A stretch of DNA of 64,000 bases from Candidatus Woesearchaeota archaeon (GCA_038895475.1 JAWANI010000001.1:52387-116386); one strand, 5' to 3'. Positions 40,148 through 50,968 are shown, numbered from the stretch's first letter. Notes: generated by a model from the sequence alone, not told the origin. Numbers and translations: made by a program.

Positions 40148-40777
40148 ATGACTGAAAATGGTTTGAAAACCGGTACAACTACATTGGGTATAGTTTGCAG
40201 TGATGGCATAGTTTTAGCTGCAGACAAAAGAGCTACCGCTGGGAATTTTATCGCATCAAAAGATGTTGAAAAAGTAGTTCAAATAAATGATAATTTAGCA
40301 ATAACAACAGCAGGATCTGTAAGTGATATACAATTGTTTATTAAATTGTTACGTGCAGAATTAAAGCTAAAAAACATAAAAACAAACAGGGTAAGCACTG
40401 TGAAAGAAGCAGCAAATTTATCTGCAAGAATGGTTTATGAAAGTGCAAGGCAATATTTTCCAAGTATGGCACATTTCTTATTAGCAGGTTTTGATAATTC
40501 TGGAACACATTTATATGAAATATATCCTGATGGTTCTATGTCTGAGATAAAAGATTTTATCAGTTCAGGATCGGGCAGTCCAATGGTCTTCGGAATATTA
40601 GAGAACACTTACAAAAGCAGTATAACAGTAAAAGAAGCAGAAGATTTAGCCATTAAAGCAATATCTGCATCAATGCAAAGAGATACAGGTTCAGGAAATG
40701 GTATAGATGTAATGGTTATAACAAAAAACAATATAAGAAAAACAATCCAAAAAAAAGTTTCTGCAATAACAAATTAA
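40148..40777 (+). CDS. psmB: Proteasome beta subunit
   Basis: Propeptide followed by the catalytic 'TTTLGIVCSDGIVLAADKRATAG'. Confidence 0.9.
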   Translation: MTENGLKTGTTTLGIVCSDGIVLAADKRATAGNFIASKDVEKVVQINDNLAITTAGSVSDIQLFIKLLRAELKLKNIKTNRVSTVKEAANLSARMVYESARQYFPSMAHFLLAGFDNSGTHLYEIYPDGSMSEIKDFISSGSGSPMVFGILENTYKSSITVKEAEDLAIKAISASMQRDTGSGNGIDVMVITKNNIRKTIQKKVSAITN

Positions 40778-40807
40778 GATATTCTAAAGAAAATAACGGA
40801 GTTTATA

Positions 40808-42709
40808 ATGACTAATGAAATAATAAAAGAGATTCTGCAATATATACCTGAAGGAAAAATATGTGATGTAAATTTTGAAGGTGCTAATATAGTTTTATAT
40901 ACAAAAAAGAAGGATTTTTTCTTAGACAATGGAGGAATAATAAAGCAAATAGTAGATACTATAAAGAAGAGGATAGAATTAAGACCTGATCCTAGTATTT
41001 GTATGGAACAAGAGAAAGCCGAAAAAACAATAAGGAAAATACTTCCTGAAGATGCGAAGATAAGCAACATTATTTTTGATCCACAAAGATCCATAGTTAT
41101 AATTGAGGCTGAAAAGCCAGGATTAGTTATAGGAAAAGATGGAGAATTATTACAGGAAATAAGAAAAAAAACTTTATGGGTTCCAACTATAAGGAGAACA
41201 CCGTCAATAAGAAGCCAATTAATAGAAAATATTAGAGAAGTATTATATCAAAACAATGATTATAGAAGAAAATTTTTACATAAGACTGGTGAAAGAATAT
41301 ATAATGGTTGGTTAAGAAGACAAAAAAAAGAAGAATGGATAAGATTAACATATCTTGGAAGTGCAAGGGAGGTAGGAAGATCATGCATATTATTACAAAC
41401 TCCCGAATCAAGAGTGTTGTTGGATTGCGGCATTAATGCAGGTGCAGATACCCCTGAAAACATGTATCCATATCTTGAAGCTCCAGAATTTAATATAAAC
41501 CAATTGGATGCAGTAATAGTAAGTCATGCACATTTAGATCATTCAGCATTGGTGCCTTATCTTTTTAAGTTTGGTTACAGGGGGCCTGTTTATTGTACTG
41601 CACCCACAAGAGATATGATGGCATTATTACAGTTGGATTTTATAAAGATACAGAGAGATGAAGGAAAAGATCCAATATATACTTCTGATGATGTTAGGGA
41701 AATGGTTAAACACACAATAACTTTAGAATATGATGAAGTTACAGATGTAACACCAGATGTTAGGATAACATTATATAATGCAGGGCATATATTAGGGAGC
41801 GCAATGGTTCATTTACATATTGGAAATGGTTTGCATAATCTGCTATATAGTGCAGATACAAAATTTGCTAAAACATCGCTATTAAGTCCTGCAGTTACAC
41901 AATTTCCAAGATTAGAAACATTAATGATTGAATCTACATATGGTGGCAAGGATAATGTTATGCCTCCCCCTTTTGAGGCAGATGAGTTATTGGGACAAAT
42001 GATAAGCGATACAATAAAAAGAAAAGGAAAAATATTAGTTCCAGTATTAGGTTCTGGAAGAGCACAAGAAGTAATAGTTTTATTAGAGCGATTAATAAGG
42101 GAAAAGAAAATTCCTGAAATACCAATATATGTTGATGGAATGGTATGGGATGTAACAGCAATACATACAGCATATCCTGAATATTTAAATAATGATGTTA
42201 GACAACAAATATTTAATAAGGACAATAATCCTTTTTTAATGCCTAACCTTAAAAGAGTTGGAAGTGCAAAAGAAAGACAGCAAGTAATCGAAGAAACAGG
42301 ATCTTGTGTAATATTAGCAACATCAGGAATGCTTGTAGGCGGTCCTTCAGTTCAATACTTTAAAGCTTTAGCAGATAATGAACGGAATGCATTAATATTT
42401 ACATCTTATCAGGCAGAAGGTTCTTTAGGTTCCAGAATACAAAGGGGGGAAAGAGAATTTATTTTTAGAAATGGTTCAAAAAATGAAATAATACATATGA
42501 AAATGGAGGTTGCTAAGCTTGAAATAACAGGACATAGTGATAGAAAAGAATTAATGAATTTTGTTTCAAGATGCAACCCAAGACCTAAGAGAATACTGAT
42601 AAATCATGGTGAAAATTCAAGATCTTTGAGTTTGGCATCAGGTATACACAGTCAGTACAGGATAGAAACAATCGCTCCAAGGAATTTAGATGCAATAAGA
42701 ATAAAATAA
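40808..42709 (+). CDS. Archaeal CPSF1 (KH domains plus metallo-beta-lactamase/beta-CASP RNase)
   Basis: 633 aa. Two N-terminal KH-like segments, 'HAHLDHSA' MBL motif, and beta-CASP with RMBL C-terminus. Confidence 0.9.
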   Translation: MTNEIIKEILQYIPEGKICDVNFEGANIVLYTKKKDFFLDNGGIIKQIVDTIKKRIELRPDPSICMEQEKAEKTIRKILPEDAKISNIIFDPQRSIVIIEAEKPGLVIGKDGELLQEIRKKTLWVPTIRRTPSIRSQLIENIREVLYQNNDYRRKFLHKTGERIYNGWLRRQKKEEWIRLTYLGSAREVGRSCILLQTPESRVLLDCGINAGADTPENMYPYLEAPEFNINQLDAVIVSHAHLDHSALVPYLFKFGYRGPVYCTAPTRDMMALLQLDFIKIQRDEGKDPIYTSDDVREMVKHTITLEYDEVTDVTPDVRITLYNAGHILGSAMVHLHIGNGLHNLLYSADTKFAKTSLLSPAVTQFPRLETLMIESTYGGKDNVMPPPFEADELLGQMISDTIKRKGKILVPVLGSGRAQEVIVLLERLIREKKIPEIPIYVDGMVWDVTAIHTAYPEYLNNDVRQQIFNKDNNPFLMPNLKRVGSAKERQQVIEETGSCVILATSGMLVGGPSVQYFKALADNERNALIFTSYQAEGSLGSRIQRGEREFIFRNGSKNEIIHMKMEVAKLEITGHSDRKELMNFVSRCNPRPKRILINHGENSRSLSLASGIHSQYRIETIAPRNLDAIRIK

Positions 42710-42807
42710 ATTTTCTTTATATTTTTAAACGCCTTATTTTTATTATTTTTAGTTTTTAATTGTTTCTTAACACAATATTTAAATATCAGTTTTTTTAAGG
42801 TGTAAAT

Positions 42808-43344
42808 ATGTCAGTTAAAGAGGCATTTAGCGTTTTGGAAACAGGAGAACCTGTTCTTATTAGGTATAATGGTGTTTTTGATTTTGAAGGATTATATAGA
42901 ATGATTCATGCATGGTTGATAAATAAAAGGTTCGAATTTCATGAAAACAGATATAAGGATAAGGTTTTCAGTCCATTTGGCAATGAACTTGAGATAGAAT
43001 GGGTTGGTGAAAAAAAAGTCACTGAATTTGTGAAGGAATATATTACTGTTTATTTTCACTTATGGGATTTTTCGGAAGTAGATATAATAAAAGATGGCAA
43101 GAAACATAAAATGACCAAATCTAGAATGGAAATAAAATTAGATGCAAAACTTGAACTTGATTATAATCAAAAATTTGCAAAAGGAAATGCTTTTATAAAG
43201 AATTTGGGAAAATTTTATTTAAACAAAGTAATCTACTGGGAATGGCGTATAAAATATGCTGACGCATTAACGTACAATATGTATGATTTGCATCACAAAA
43301 TTAAAAAATATCTAGAACTTTATTCATCAACAAACGCATATTAA
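42808..43344 (+). CDS. Hypothetical protein, member of a tandem paralog pair
   Basis: 178 aa. Shares 'Y.GVF...LYR.I..W' and 'V.I.KDG.K.KM...R.E...DA' blocks with the next gene. Confidence 0.4.
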   Translation: MSVKEAFSVLETGEPVLIRYNGVFDFEGLYRMIHAWLINKRFEFHENRYKDKVFSPFGNELEIEWVGEKKVTEFVKEYITVYFHLWDFSEVDIIKDGKKHKMTKSRMEIKLDAKLELDYNQKFAKGNAFIKNLGKFYLNKVIYWEWRIKYADALTYNMYDLHHKIKKYLELYSSTNAY

Positions 43345-43402
43345 ATATAAAATTTAAGTATGTATATAAAAATTAATTATATATAAAATTTTGGCATAGA
43401 AA

Positions 43403-43903
43403 ATGGCAGAGATTAAAACTTTAATAGACGGAAAGAGTCTTTCATATGAAGGAGTGTTTAATTTAAAAGAATTATACAGATTAATAGATAAATGGTTTAA
43501 AGACCATGGTTATGATAAACAGGAAATAAAAAACTGGGAAGATGTTTCACAGAATGAAAAACAAATAATATTAGAAATAATACCTTACAAAAAGGTCTCA
43601 GATTATGCCAGACTGGATATAAGAATTTTCATGATATTCTCCAAAATCACAGAGGTAGAGATAGAAAAAGATGGCGTAAAATTTAAAATGAACAGGGGAA
43701 GGGCAGAATTTTATTTTGATGCATATGTTGTAACGGATTATGAACATAAATGGGAAACAAAACCAATATTTTATTTTATAAAAAATGTTTTTGATAAGTG
43801 GATATATAAGATATATACCAGCACATATGACACAGAGGTCATAAGGGACTGTACAGAGATAGAAAATGAAATAAGAAGTTATCTTAATATGAACAGGTTT
43901 TAA
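43403..43903 (+). CDS. Hypothetical protein, paralog of the upstream gene
   Basis: 166 aa. 'YEGVFNLKELYRLIDKWF' and 'VEIEKDGVKFKMNRGRAEFYFDAY' align with the upstream protein. Confidence 0.4.
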   Translation: MAEIKTLIDGKSLSYEGVFNLKELYRLIDKWFKDHGYDKQEIKNWEDVSQNEKQIILEIIPYKKVSDYARLDIRIFMIFSKITEVEIEKDGVKFKMNRGRAEFYFDAYVVTDYEHKWETKPIFYFIKNVFDKWIYKIYTSTYDTEVIRDCTEIENEIRSYLNMNRF

Positions 43904-43932
43904 TTTTTAGATTATAAACTTTTTAGGTTATA

Positions 43933-44208
43933 TTATAAATGTTTATTTTTTGAAAAATAATTTTTTATATGTTCATGGTTTGCAAGTTTTTTCCAATATA
44001 GTCCGCAGCTGCAAATTCCTGGTATCATATCAAAGAATGAACTATTATTATTTACTTCATATTTTGCAAAAACAATATTATGCTCGTTATTTTTGCATTT
44101 ATTTTCAAAAACTAAATTATCTAATTCTTTTATTAAATTATAATTTAAATATCTGTCTGGCAAAGGTTTTTCTTTTCCTAAAAATATTATGTTCTCAATC
44201 ATTTTCAT
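43933..44208 (-). CDS. Hypothetical 91-aa protein
   Basis: No motif recognised ('GICSCG'). Ends 76 nt before tRNA-Ser. Confidence 0.3.
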   Translation of the reverse strand: MKMIENIIFLGKEKPLPDRYLNYNLIKELDNLVFENKCKNNEHNIVFAKYEVNNNSSFFDMIPGICSCGLYWKKLANHEHIKNYFSKNKHL

Positions 44209-44283
44209 TTAAAGTATGTTTTTTAATTTATTTTTTATATTTTACGCAATATTTAAAAAGCATATTTTTTTCTTTAATTTTAT

Positions 44284-44383
44284 GCCGACGTGGCACAACC
44301 TGGTACTGCGCAGGACTGGAAAAGAAAAAATTTAGACATCCTGTTTCCGAAAGGATATCCCGGTTCAAATCCGGGCGTCGGCG
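44284..44383 (+). tRNA. tRNA-Ser (anticodon GGA), class II with long variable arm and a putative 16-nt intron
   Basis: Acceptor GCCGACG/CGTCGGC plus discriminator G. Anticodon stem CAGGA/TCCTG, loop CTGGAA, insert AAGAAAAAATTTAGAC. Variable-arm hairpin TCC-GAAA-GGA. T-arm CCCGG-TTCAAAT-CCGGG. Confidence 0.75.
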
Positions 44384-44431
44384 TTTAATTTAAAATTTAA
44401 TTTTATGTTTTGTCACATCTTTTTTATTTTT

Positions 44432-45154
44432 TTAAAAGATTTCAAATTCTATTCCCAAATGGTCAGAAATTAATATTTTAGCAGGAACTATGTTCTTTAT
44501 TTTTATATTTTTGCTTAAGAATATATTGTCTAAAAATTTTTTAGGATTCCAGGAAGGAAACGTTTTGTAAAATGAGATTCTTCTACAATTTTCATTAATC
44601 AGTATTTCTAATTCATCTTCAGATGATATATTAAAATCCCCTAAAAGTATTTTATCACCTTCAATATTATTATATATTTTTTTTATTTCATGAAGTTGTT
44701 TGGTGCGTGTTTTTTTGTTCATAGACAAATGTGTTATTAAGAAAATAATATTTTTTTTATTGTTATATTCAATAATTGCTTCAGATAAAAATCTTGGTTC
44801 TCCCTTTCCTTCAAGTTTATGGTTTTCTGTTTTTAATATTGTTTTTTTTGACAATATTGCATTACCCTGATTGTTTATATTATAAAAGTTAAATGTTTTG
44901 AAAAAGTAATAATTTTTGATAAGACTTTTGTTTGACAGCAGTTTTAATTGATTATTCCATAATGTTCTAAAACTTCCGGCATCTATTTCTGTTAATATAG
45001 CAATATCGATGTTGTTGTTTTTAATATAATCTCCAAGTTTTATAATTGGTTTGTTTGAATGAGGTAAAAAATATTTCCAGAAAATAAAAGGTATCTGATA
45101 ATAGCCTTTAGAATTATTTATTCCTGATTGAACATTTTGTAATAATATTTTCAT
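44432..45154 (-). CDS. Endonuclease/exonuclease/phosphatase (EEP) family protein
   Basis: 240 aa. 'ILTEIDAGSF', 'LLGDFN', 'ISDHLGIEF' catalytic motifs. Confidence 0.6.
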   Translation of the reverse strand: MKILLQNVQSGINNSKGYYQIPFIFWKYFLPHSNKPIIKLGDYIKNNNIDIAILTEIDAGSFRTLWNNQLKLLSNKSLIKNYYFFKTFNFYNINNQGNAILSKKTILKTENHKLEGKGEPRFLSEAIIEYNNKKNIIFLITHLSMNKKTRTKQLHEIKKIYNNIEGDKILLGDFNISSEDELEILINENCRRISFYKTFPSWNPKKFLDNIFLSKNIKIKNIVPAKILISDHLGIEFEIF

Positions 45155-45187
45155 TTTTAATATTTTATTATATTTTTAATATTATTT

Positions 45188-45925
45188 TTATTGTTTTAAT
45201 ACTATTTCTGAAATTATCGGAAGATGATCCGATATTTTTAAGTCAGTTATAACCTCAGTATTTATAATTTCAAAATAATCGTTAACAAATATATAGTCTA
45301 TTGTTCTTTTAGGTTTCCAGCTTGGAAATGTTTTATGTGTTTGAATTCTTTTTAGGTTAAGGGATTCAATCATATTTAGCTCTTTTTCATTGTCAGTATT
45401 AAAATCTCCTATAAGTATTATGGGTCCTTTTGTTTTTTTTATAATGTCTGATATCTGCATTAACTCATATCTTCTTGAAATTTTTCCAAGAGCCAATTGC
45501 GTTATAAAAACATTAACTAACATATCATTTACATTAATTATAGCATGGCTCAAACGCCTGTTTTCCCCTTTTGTGATTAGTTTGTAATTATATGTTTCAA
45601 GGACAGGAAATCTAGTTATGATGCCATTCCCTTGATTTGATAAATTTAATAAATGTCTTACCGGGAAAAAATGCCATTTCTTTAACATAGTCATGTTAGA
45701 AAGTTTTTTTAAATAATTTATATTCATTGTCCTAAAACTGCCGCCATCAATCTCTACAAAAGCACAAATATCTGCATTCCAATGATTGATTATTTTAGAA
45801 ATTTTTTTTAAAACAAAAATATCGTGAGGAATAATATATTTCCATAATGATGTTACATATTGCCAGTAACCTTTATTTATTGATGCACCATATTCAATGT
45901 TCAAATAAAAAATTTTTAATTTCAT
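45188..45925 (-). CDS. EEP family protein (tandem paralog)
   Basis: 245 aa. 'AFVEIDGGSF', 'LIGDFN', 'ISDHLPII'. Confidence 0.6.
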   Translation of the reverse strand: MKLKIFYLNIEYGASINKGYWQYVTSLWKYIIPHDIFVLKKISKIINHWNADICAFVEIDGGSFRTMNINYLKKLSNMTMLKKWHFFPVRHLLNLSNQGNGIITRFPVLETYNYKLITKGENRRLSHAIINVNDMLVNVFITQLALGKISRRYELMQISDIIKKTKGPIILIGDFNTDNEKELNMIESLNLKRIQTHKTFPSWKPKRTIDYIFVNDYFEIINTEVITDLKISDHLPIISEIVLKQ

Positions 45926-45972
45926 ATTTTAAAAAAGTAGAAATAGTATTAATAAATATTATGGTTTAGTAT

Positions 45973-46284
45973 TTATTCATCAATCATTTCGATTTCTATA
46001 TTTAATCCTTCTGGAATCGGTACTTTCATTACCAATCTTAATGCTCTCTCATCTATTCCTAAATCAATAAGTCTCTTATGCACTCTCATTTCATATCTGT
46101 CCCATGTTGCTGTTCCATTACCGCAAGGACCTTTTCTGGTTGTTACCTTTAATTTTTTAGTAGGCAAAGGTATAGGTCCCTTCATTACAACCCCTGTCTT
46201 TTCTGCAACGTCTTTAATGTATGCACAAGTCTGATTTATCTTGTTTATGTCTGTGCTTGCTAGTTTTATTCTTGCTTTCTGCAT
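45973..46284 (-). CDS. rps10: 30S ribosomal protein S10
   Basis: 103 aa. Immediately downstream of EF-1alpha, the canonical archaeal arrangement. Confidence 0.9.
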   Translation of the reverse strand: MQKARIKLASTDINKINQTCAYIKDVAEKTGVVMKGPIPLPTKKLKVTTRKGPCGNGTATWDRYEMRVHKRLIDLGIDERALRLVMKVPIPEGLNIEIEMIDE

Positions 46285-46356
46285 TTTTACACCAATGATG
46301 AATTGTTAGTTCATCATATATATAAATTAAAAAATATTAAAATGTTTAAAAAAATT

Positions 46357-47667
46357 TTACATCGGTTTTTTCACAACATCAATACACATTCCTGCTGCCA
46401 CAGTTGCTCCAGAATCCCTTATAGCGAATCTTGATAATTGAGGTATTGTTTTTTGTGTTTCTATAACCAATGGATGTGTCGGTTTAAACTTTACTATTGC
46501 TGCATCACCATTTTTTATGAAATCTGGATGCTCTTGTAGCACTTCGCCTGTCATAGGATTTAATTTCTTTACAATTTCAGTTACCTGACAAGCAACTTGT
46601 GCTGTATGGATATGGAATACTGGTGTATAACCTACAGTGATTACTGATGGATGATTTAGTACGACTATCTGTGCAGTAAACTCTGTAGCAACTGTTGGTA
46701 CATTGTCTGGATGACCAATTACATCTCCTCTTGCAACATCTTTTTTTCCGAAACCTCTTATTGACATTCCAACATTGTCTCCAGGTACAGCTTCTTTTAA
46801 TTGCTCATGATGCATTTCTATGCTTTTAACTTCTCCAGGAACACCTTTTCCTTCTCTTCCCGGTACTGCAATTACTTTATCGTTTACCTTTAATATTCCT
46901 GTTTCTACTCTTCCTACAGGAACTACTCCTATACCTGTAATATTGTATACATCTTGAATAGGTAATCTTAATGGTAGTTCTGTTGGTTTTTGAGGCACTT
47001 TCAAGTTATTTATTGCTTCAAGCAATGTTGGTCCATTATACCATGGCATTTTGTCTGATTTCTTTACAACATTATCCCCTTGTAATGATGCTATTGCAAC
47101 AAATTGTACATCATCAACCTTCCATCCTGAAGATTTTAATAATGCGGTAATTACTTTCTTGACACCTTCAAATCTTTCCTGTGAATAATTCTGCATATCC
47201 ATTTTATTTACTGCTACAATTAATTGTTGTACGCCTAAAATTTTTGTAAGTCTGCAATGTTCAACTGTTTGTGGTGGTAATTCATTTATGGTTTCTGTTC
47301 CTTTTATTTCATTAGCACCGCACACAAGTACTGCTGCATCTGCTTGTGATGCTCCAGTAATCATGTTCTTTACAAAATCCTTGTGACCGGGTGCATCTAT
47401 AATTGTAAAATAATATTTATCCGTTTCAAATTTTTTGTGTGCTAAGTCTATTGTTACTCCTCTTTCTTGTTCTTCTTTAAGGTTATCCATAACAAATGCA
47501 AATTCGAATCCGCCTTTACCTAATGATTCAGCTTTTTCCTTTAATTTTCTCATTGTTTGTTCATCAACATTTCCAGAATCATATAAAAGTCTCCCTACAG
47601 TTGTTGATTTTCCATGATCTACATGTCCTACAAATACAAGATTTATGTGCTCTTTTTCTTTTGCCAT
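46357..47667 (-). CDS. tuf: Translation elongation factor 1-alpha
   Basis: '[10 protein letters not shown]', 'DAPGH', 'NKMD'. 436 aa. Confidence 0.95.
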   Translation of the reverse strand: MAKEKEHINLVFVGHVDHGKSTTVGRLLYDSGNVDEQTMRKLKEKAESLGKGGFEFAFVMDNLKEEQERGVTIDLAHKKFETDKYYFTIIDAPGHKDFVKNMITGASQADAAVLVCGANEIKGTETINELPPQTVEHCRLTKILGVQQLIVAVNKMDMQNYSQERFEGVKKVITALLKSSGWKVDDVQFVAIASLQGDNVVKKSDKMPWYNGPTLLEAINNLKVPQKPTELPLRLPIQDVYNITGIGVVPVGRVETGILKVNDKVIAVPGREGKGVPGEVKSIEMHHEQLKEAVPGDNVGMSIRGFGKKDVARGDVIGHPDNVPTVATEFTAQIVVLNHPSVITVGYTPVFHIHTAQVACQVTEIVKKLNPMTGEVLQEHPDFIKNGDAAIVKFKPTHPLVIETQKTIPQLSRFAIRDSGATVAAGMCIDVVKKPM

Positions 47668-47868
47668 TTTATGACCTCCGAATAATTCTTAAATATGATA
47701 CAACGCCCTAAAATAGAGGTTGTTGTAAATCAAAAGGAATTTTAGACTATTTATAAAGATTTTGTTTTAATATACGATAAATTATCTATTTTATAATTAA
47801 AAATCCTAGGGCGTATATGATGGATATCTTATATGATATTGTATGTGTTATTTTTAAGAAATTAAAAA

Positions 47869-48078
47869 TTATTTAAGTAGGTAGTATGCACTTATTATTG
47901 TTCCAATTGTTATTGCTTTTTTTCCTAAACTATACATATACGGCGAAATTTTTAATTCAAAATAATTTCTATTTTTTGAATTTTCATATATTATTTTTGC
48001 TGCATCATCTAAGTTAGGCCATATAGTTCTTCTTATTTTTTCTTCGAGTTCCCATGTAGTTTTCAATTTTACCGACAT
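47869..48078 (-). CDS. Hypothetical 69-aa protein between the EF-2 and EF-1alpha genes
   Basis: ORF only; no motif. Confidence 0.25.
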   Translation of the reverse strand: MSVKLKTTWELEEKIRRTIWPNLDDAAKIIYENSKNRNYFELKISPYMYSLGKKAITIGTIISAYYLLK

Positions 48079-48117
48079 TTTATTTTTTTTATGAAAGAAT
48101 TTAAAAAATAAATATTT

Positions 48118-50286
48118 TTATTCAGATTGCTCTTCCTCTGTTCCCTTTAAACCTTTTCTATTTCTTATCTGTGCAATTATTTTGCCTTGTAATTCTTCAG
48201 GTAGCTTTTCAAAATTTTGGTCAAGGACAAAAAAGTTTCCCCTGCCTTCTGTAGCCGACCTTAAATCTGATGATAACCCAAACATTTCTCCAACAGGTAG
48301 TTTTCCCTTAACACTTATTTGACTTCCTTCCTGTTGCATGTCAAGCAATTGTCCTCTCTTTGAAGAAATAAGCTTAGATATCTCTCCCATAAATTCAACA
48401 GGGGCATCAAATTGCAATACTTGCACGGGCTCAAAAATTAATGGGCTAGCATTCATCATTGCTCCTCTTATACCTTCTCTTACTGCAGGATATACTTGTG
48501 CAGGTCCTCTGTGTATTGCATCTTCATGAAGTTTAACATCTTCAAGAGTTACCTTAACACCAATACATGGTTCTTTAGCAAGGGGTCCTTTCATCATTAC
48601 GTCTTCAAACATGTCAGCAACCATTTCTATAACTTCACCTATATGAACAATACCTCTTGTTCCATCCATTAAAATATTTCCATTGAAAACATCTCTAACT
48701 TTTCTTGAGTCTTTACTATCCATTCCCGCTTCTTCTAAAGATTTCCATAAATCTTGCTGATTTTTTTTAACTCTTCCAGAAGGAATCTTTCCTGCTTTTA
48801 TTGCTGCTTTTATATCTTCAGATAATGGTTCTACTGTAAAATAAAATTTGTTATGTTTATTAGGTGATTTACCCTCAAATGGTTCAGGGTTTTTCTTTGT
48901 AACAGTTTCCCTGTAAACAACTATTGGAGGACTTGATTGAATGTCAACACCTTTCTCTGTTTTAATTCTGTTTTCAATAATTTCTAGGTGTAATTCCCCC
49001 ATTCCTGAAAGTAAGTGTTCTCCTGTTTCTTGATTTATTTCAATCTTTATGCTTGGATCTTCTTTAGATACTTGTATTAACACATCTACAAGTTTTGGTA
49101 AATCGCTAGGTTTTTTTGCTTCAATGGCTTTAGTCATTACTGGTTCAAAAATATGTGTTATCTGTTCAAATGGTTCCATTTCTCCAATACTTACAGTTTC
49201 TCCTGGGTATGCACCTTTTAATCCACCAACACCTATTATGTTTCCGGCGGGAATATTATCAACAATTTCTCTTTTCGGACCATTATAAATATACAATTGT
49301 TGAACTCTAACATCTGTTTTAGCCCTATTTAATCTTACTATATCCCCTTTTCTCATTGTACCACTAAATACTCTTCCTGCACATATTTCTCCAGCTTGTG
49401 GATCAATGACAATTTTTGTAATTACAAATACGGGTGTTCCTTTAGGATCAGCATGTAATAGCTGTTGTCCTAGCGGACTGTCTAAATCACCATGCCATAT
49501 TTTAGGTATCCTATATTCTTGAGCCTTAACGGGACTAGGATGATGTTTAATAACAGCATCTAGAATAACTTCATGCAATGGTGCTTTATGTTTTAATTCT
49601 TTCCAATTATCATTTTCATATGCATCAATTATGTTCTTAAAGCTTATACCTTTTTTCTTCATATATGGGACTGATAATGCCCAATTGTGAAATGCACTTC
49701 CAAAACAAACAGATCCATCAAGAACATTAACCTGCCATTTTGGACCCATATCTGGACTTATTTCAACTATTAATTTATTGACATGATTTATTATTTTCAT
49801 AAATCTTTCCTGCATTGCTTCAGGTGTTAATTTTACTTCTTTAATTAATCTGTCAACTTTGTTTATGAATAATATTGGTTTTACTCTTTCCCTTAATGCT
49901 TGTTTTAATACTGTTTCTGTTTGTGGCATTATCCCTTCGACAGCACAGCATAATGTTATTGCTCCATCTACTGCCCTCATTGCCCTAGTAACATCACCAC
50001 CAAAATCTACATGTCCAGGCGTATCTATAAGATTTATTAAATATTCTTCACCATCAATTGTGTGTACCATGGATACATTTGCAGCATCAATAGTTATTCC
50101 TCTAGCCATTTCATCTTCATGAAAATCCAATACGCAAGCCTTGCCTGCTAATTCTTCAGACATCATTCCAGCTCCCCATAATAAATTGTCTGAAAATGTT
50201 GTTTTCCCATGATCAATATGTGCACATGTAGCAATATTTCTAATATTTTCTGGCTTTTGCATAATTCTAATAACCCTATCAACCAT
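48118..50286 (-). CDS. fusA: Translation elongation factor 2
   Basis: 'NIATCAHIDHGKTT', 'DTPGH'. The start is probably the internal Met (MVDRVIRIM) rather than the ORF-track start 50376. This gives about 722 aa with no intein-sized insertion. Confidence 0.95.
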   Translation of the reverse strand: MVDRVIRIMQKPENIRNIATCAHIDHGKTTFSDNLLWGAGMMSEELAGKACVLDFHEDEMARGITIDAANVSMVHTIDGEEYLINLIDTPGHVDFGGDVTRAMRAVDGAITLCCAVEGIMPQTETVLKQALRERVKPILFINKVDRLIKEVKLTPEAMQERFMKIINHVNKLIVEISPDMGPKWQVNVLDGSVCFGSAFHNWALSVPYMKKKGISFKNIIDAYENDNWKELKHKAPLHEVILDAVIKHHPSPVKAQEYRIPKIWHGDLDSPLGQQLLHADPKGTPVFVITKIVIDPQAGEICAGRVFSGTMRKGDIVRLNRAKTDVRVQQLYIYNGPKREIVDNIPAGNIIGVGGLKGAYPGETVSIGEMEPFEQITHIFEPVMTKAIEAKKPSDLPKLVDVLIQVSKEDPSIKIEINQETGEHLLSGMGELHLEIIENRIKTEKGVDIQSSPPIVVYRETVTKKNPEPFEGKSPNKHNKFYFTVEPLSEDIKAAIKAGKIPSGRVKKNQQDLWKSLEEAGMDSKDSRKVRDVFNGNILMDGTRGIVHIGEVIEMVADMFEDVMMKGPLAKEPCIGVKVTLEDVKLHEDAIHRGPAQVYPAVREGIRGAMMNASPLIFEPVQVLQFDAPVEFMGEISKLISSKRGQLLDMQQEGSQISVKGKLPVGEMFGLSSDLRSATEGRGNFFVLDQNFEKLPEELQGKIIAQIRNRKGLKGTEEEQSE

Positions 50287-50446
50287 TTTTTCTCCCATAA
50301 AATTTTTGAGAAAAAGTTTAATCAAAAAAATGCTTTCAGCATAATTGACTAACTTTTTCACAACCTCCGTTTTCAATGATATTTATGTATTTTTTTGGTA
50401 ATCGAATATTTTTAATTAAATTTAATGTAGTGTTCTTTTTAGTTAA

Positions 50447-50968
50447 TTAAAATACGTGAATTTCGTGAACGGTTTTATATGAATGTAGTTCTTCTGGTTT
50501 AAACCATAATGCCACTTCATATTTTGCATCTTTTATATTTCCTGAAGCATGTATTAAGTTTTTTATTGCAGTATTTTTTTTATCTGTATATGCATATGAA
50601 TGATGTGCAAAATCTCCTCTGATTGTTCCAGGTAATGCGGATTTTGGTTCTGTACTGCCTACTATTTTCCTAACATTTTCAACAGCATTGATTCCTTCTA
50701 TACATAGTGCTAATACAGGTCCTTGTGTCATAAAATTTAATAACATTTTGAGAACTTTTTCTCCTCTTCTTTCTGCTATGTCAAAATAGTGTTTTTTTCC
50801 AAATGTTTCATCAATCCACACCATTTTTGCACCAACTATTTTAAAACCTGCATCTTCAAATCTTTGTATTATTCTACCTATTAATCCTCTCTGGATTGCA
50901 TCAGGTTTTAATAATACTAAAGTTCTTTCTATATGTTCATCAAAATCTTGTTCTTTGCTTTTTTTCAT
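50447..50968 (-). CDS. ndk: Nucleoside diphosphate kinase
   Basis: 'TLVLLKPDAIQRGLIG', 'NLIHASGNIKDAKYEVALWF'. Confidence 0.9.
   Translation of the reverse strand: MKKSKEQDFDEHIERTLVLLKPDAIQRGLIGRIIQRFEDAGFKIVGAKMVWIDETFGKKHYFDIAERRGEKVLKMLLNFMTQGPVLALCIEGINAVENVRKIVGSTEPKSALPGTIRGDFAHHSYAYTDKKNTAIKNLIHASGNIKDAKYEVALWFKPEELHSYKTVHEIHVF

Noticed and set aside
43950-44393. 147-aa plus-strand ORF
   Set aside because: It overlaps the better-supported minus-strand 91-aa ORF and runs through tRNA-Ser(GGA). Its translation is low-complexity.
48118-50376. Intein in EF-2 or ThrRS
   Set aside because: Protein lengths (about 722 and 638 aa) match intein-free homologs. No Hint-domain block (C/S...HN) interrupts the conserved motifs.
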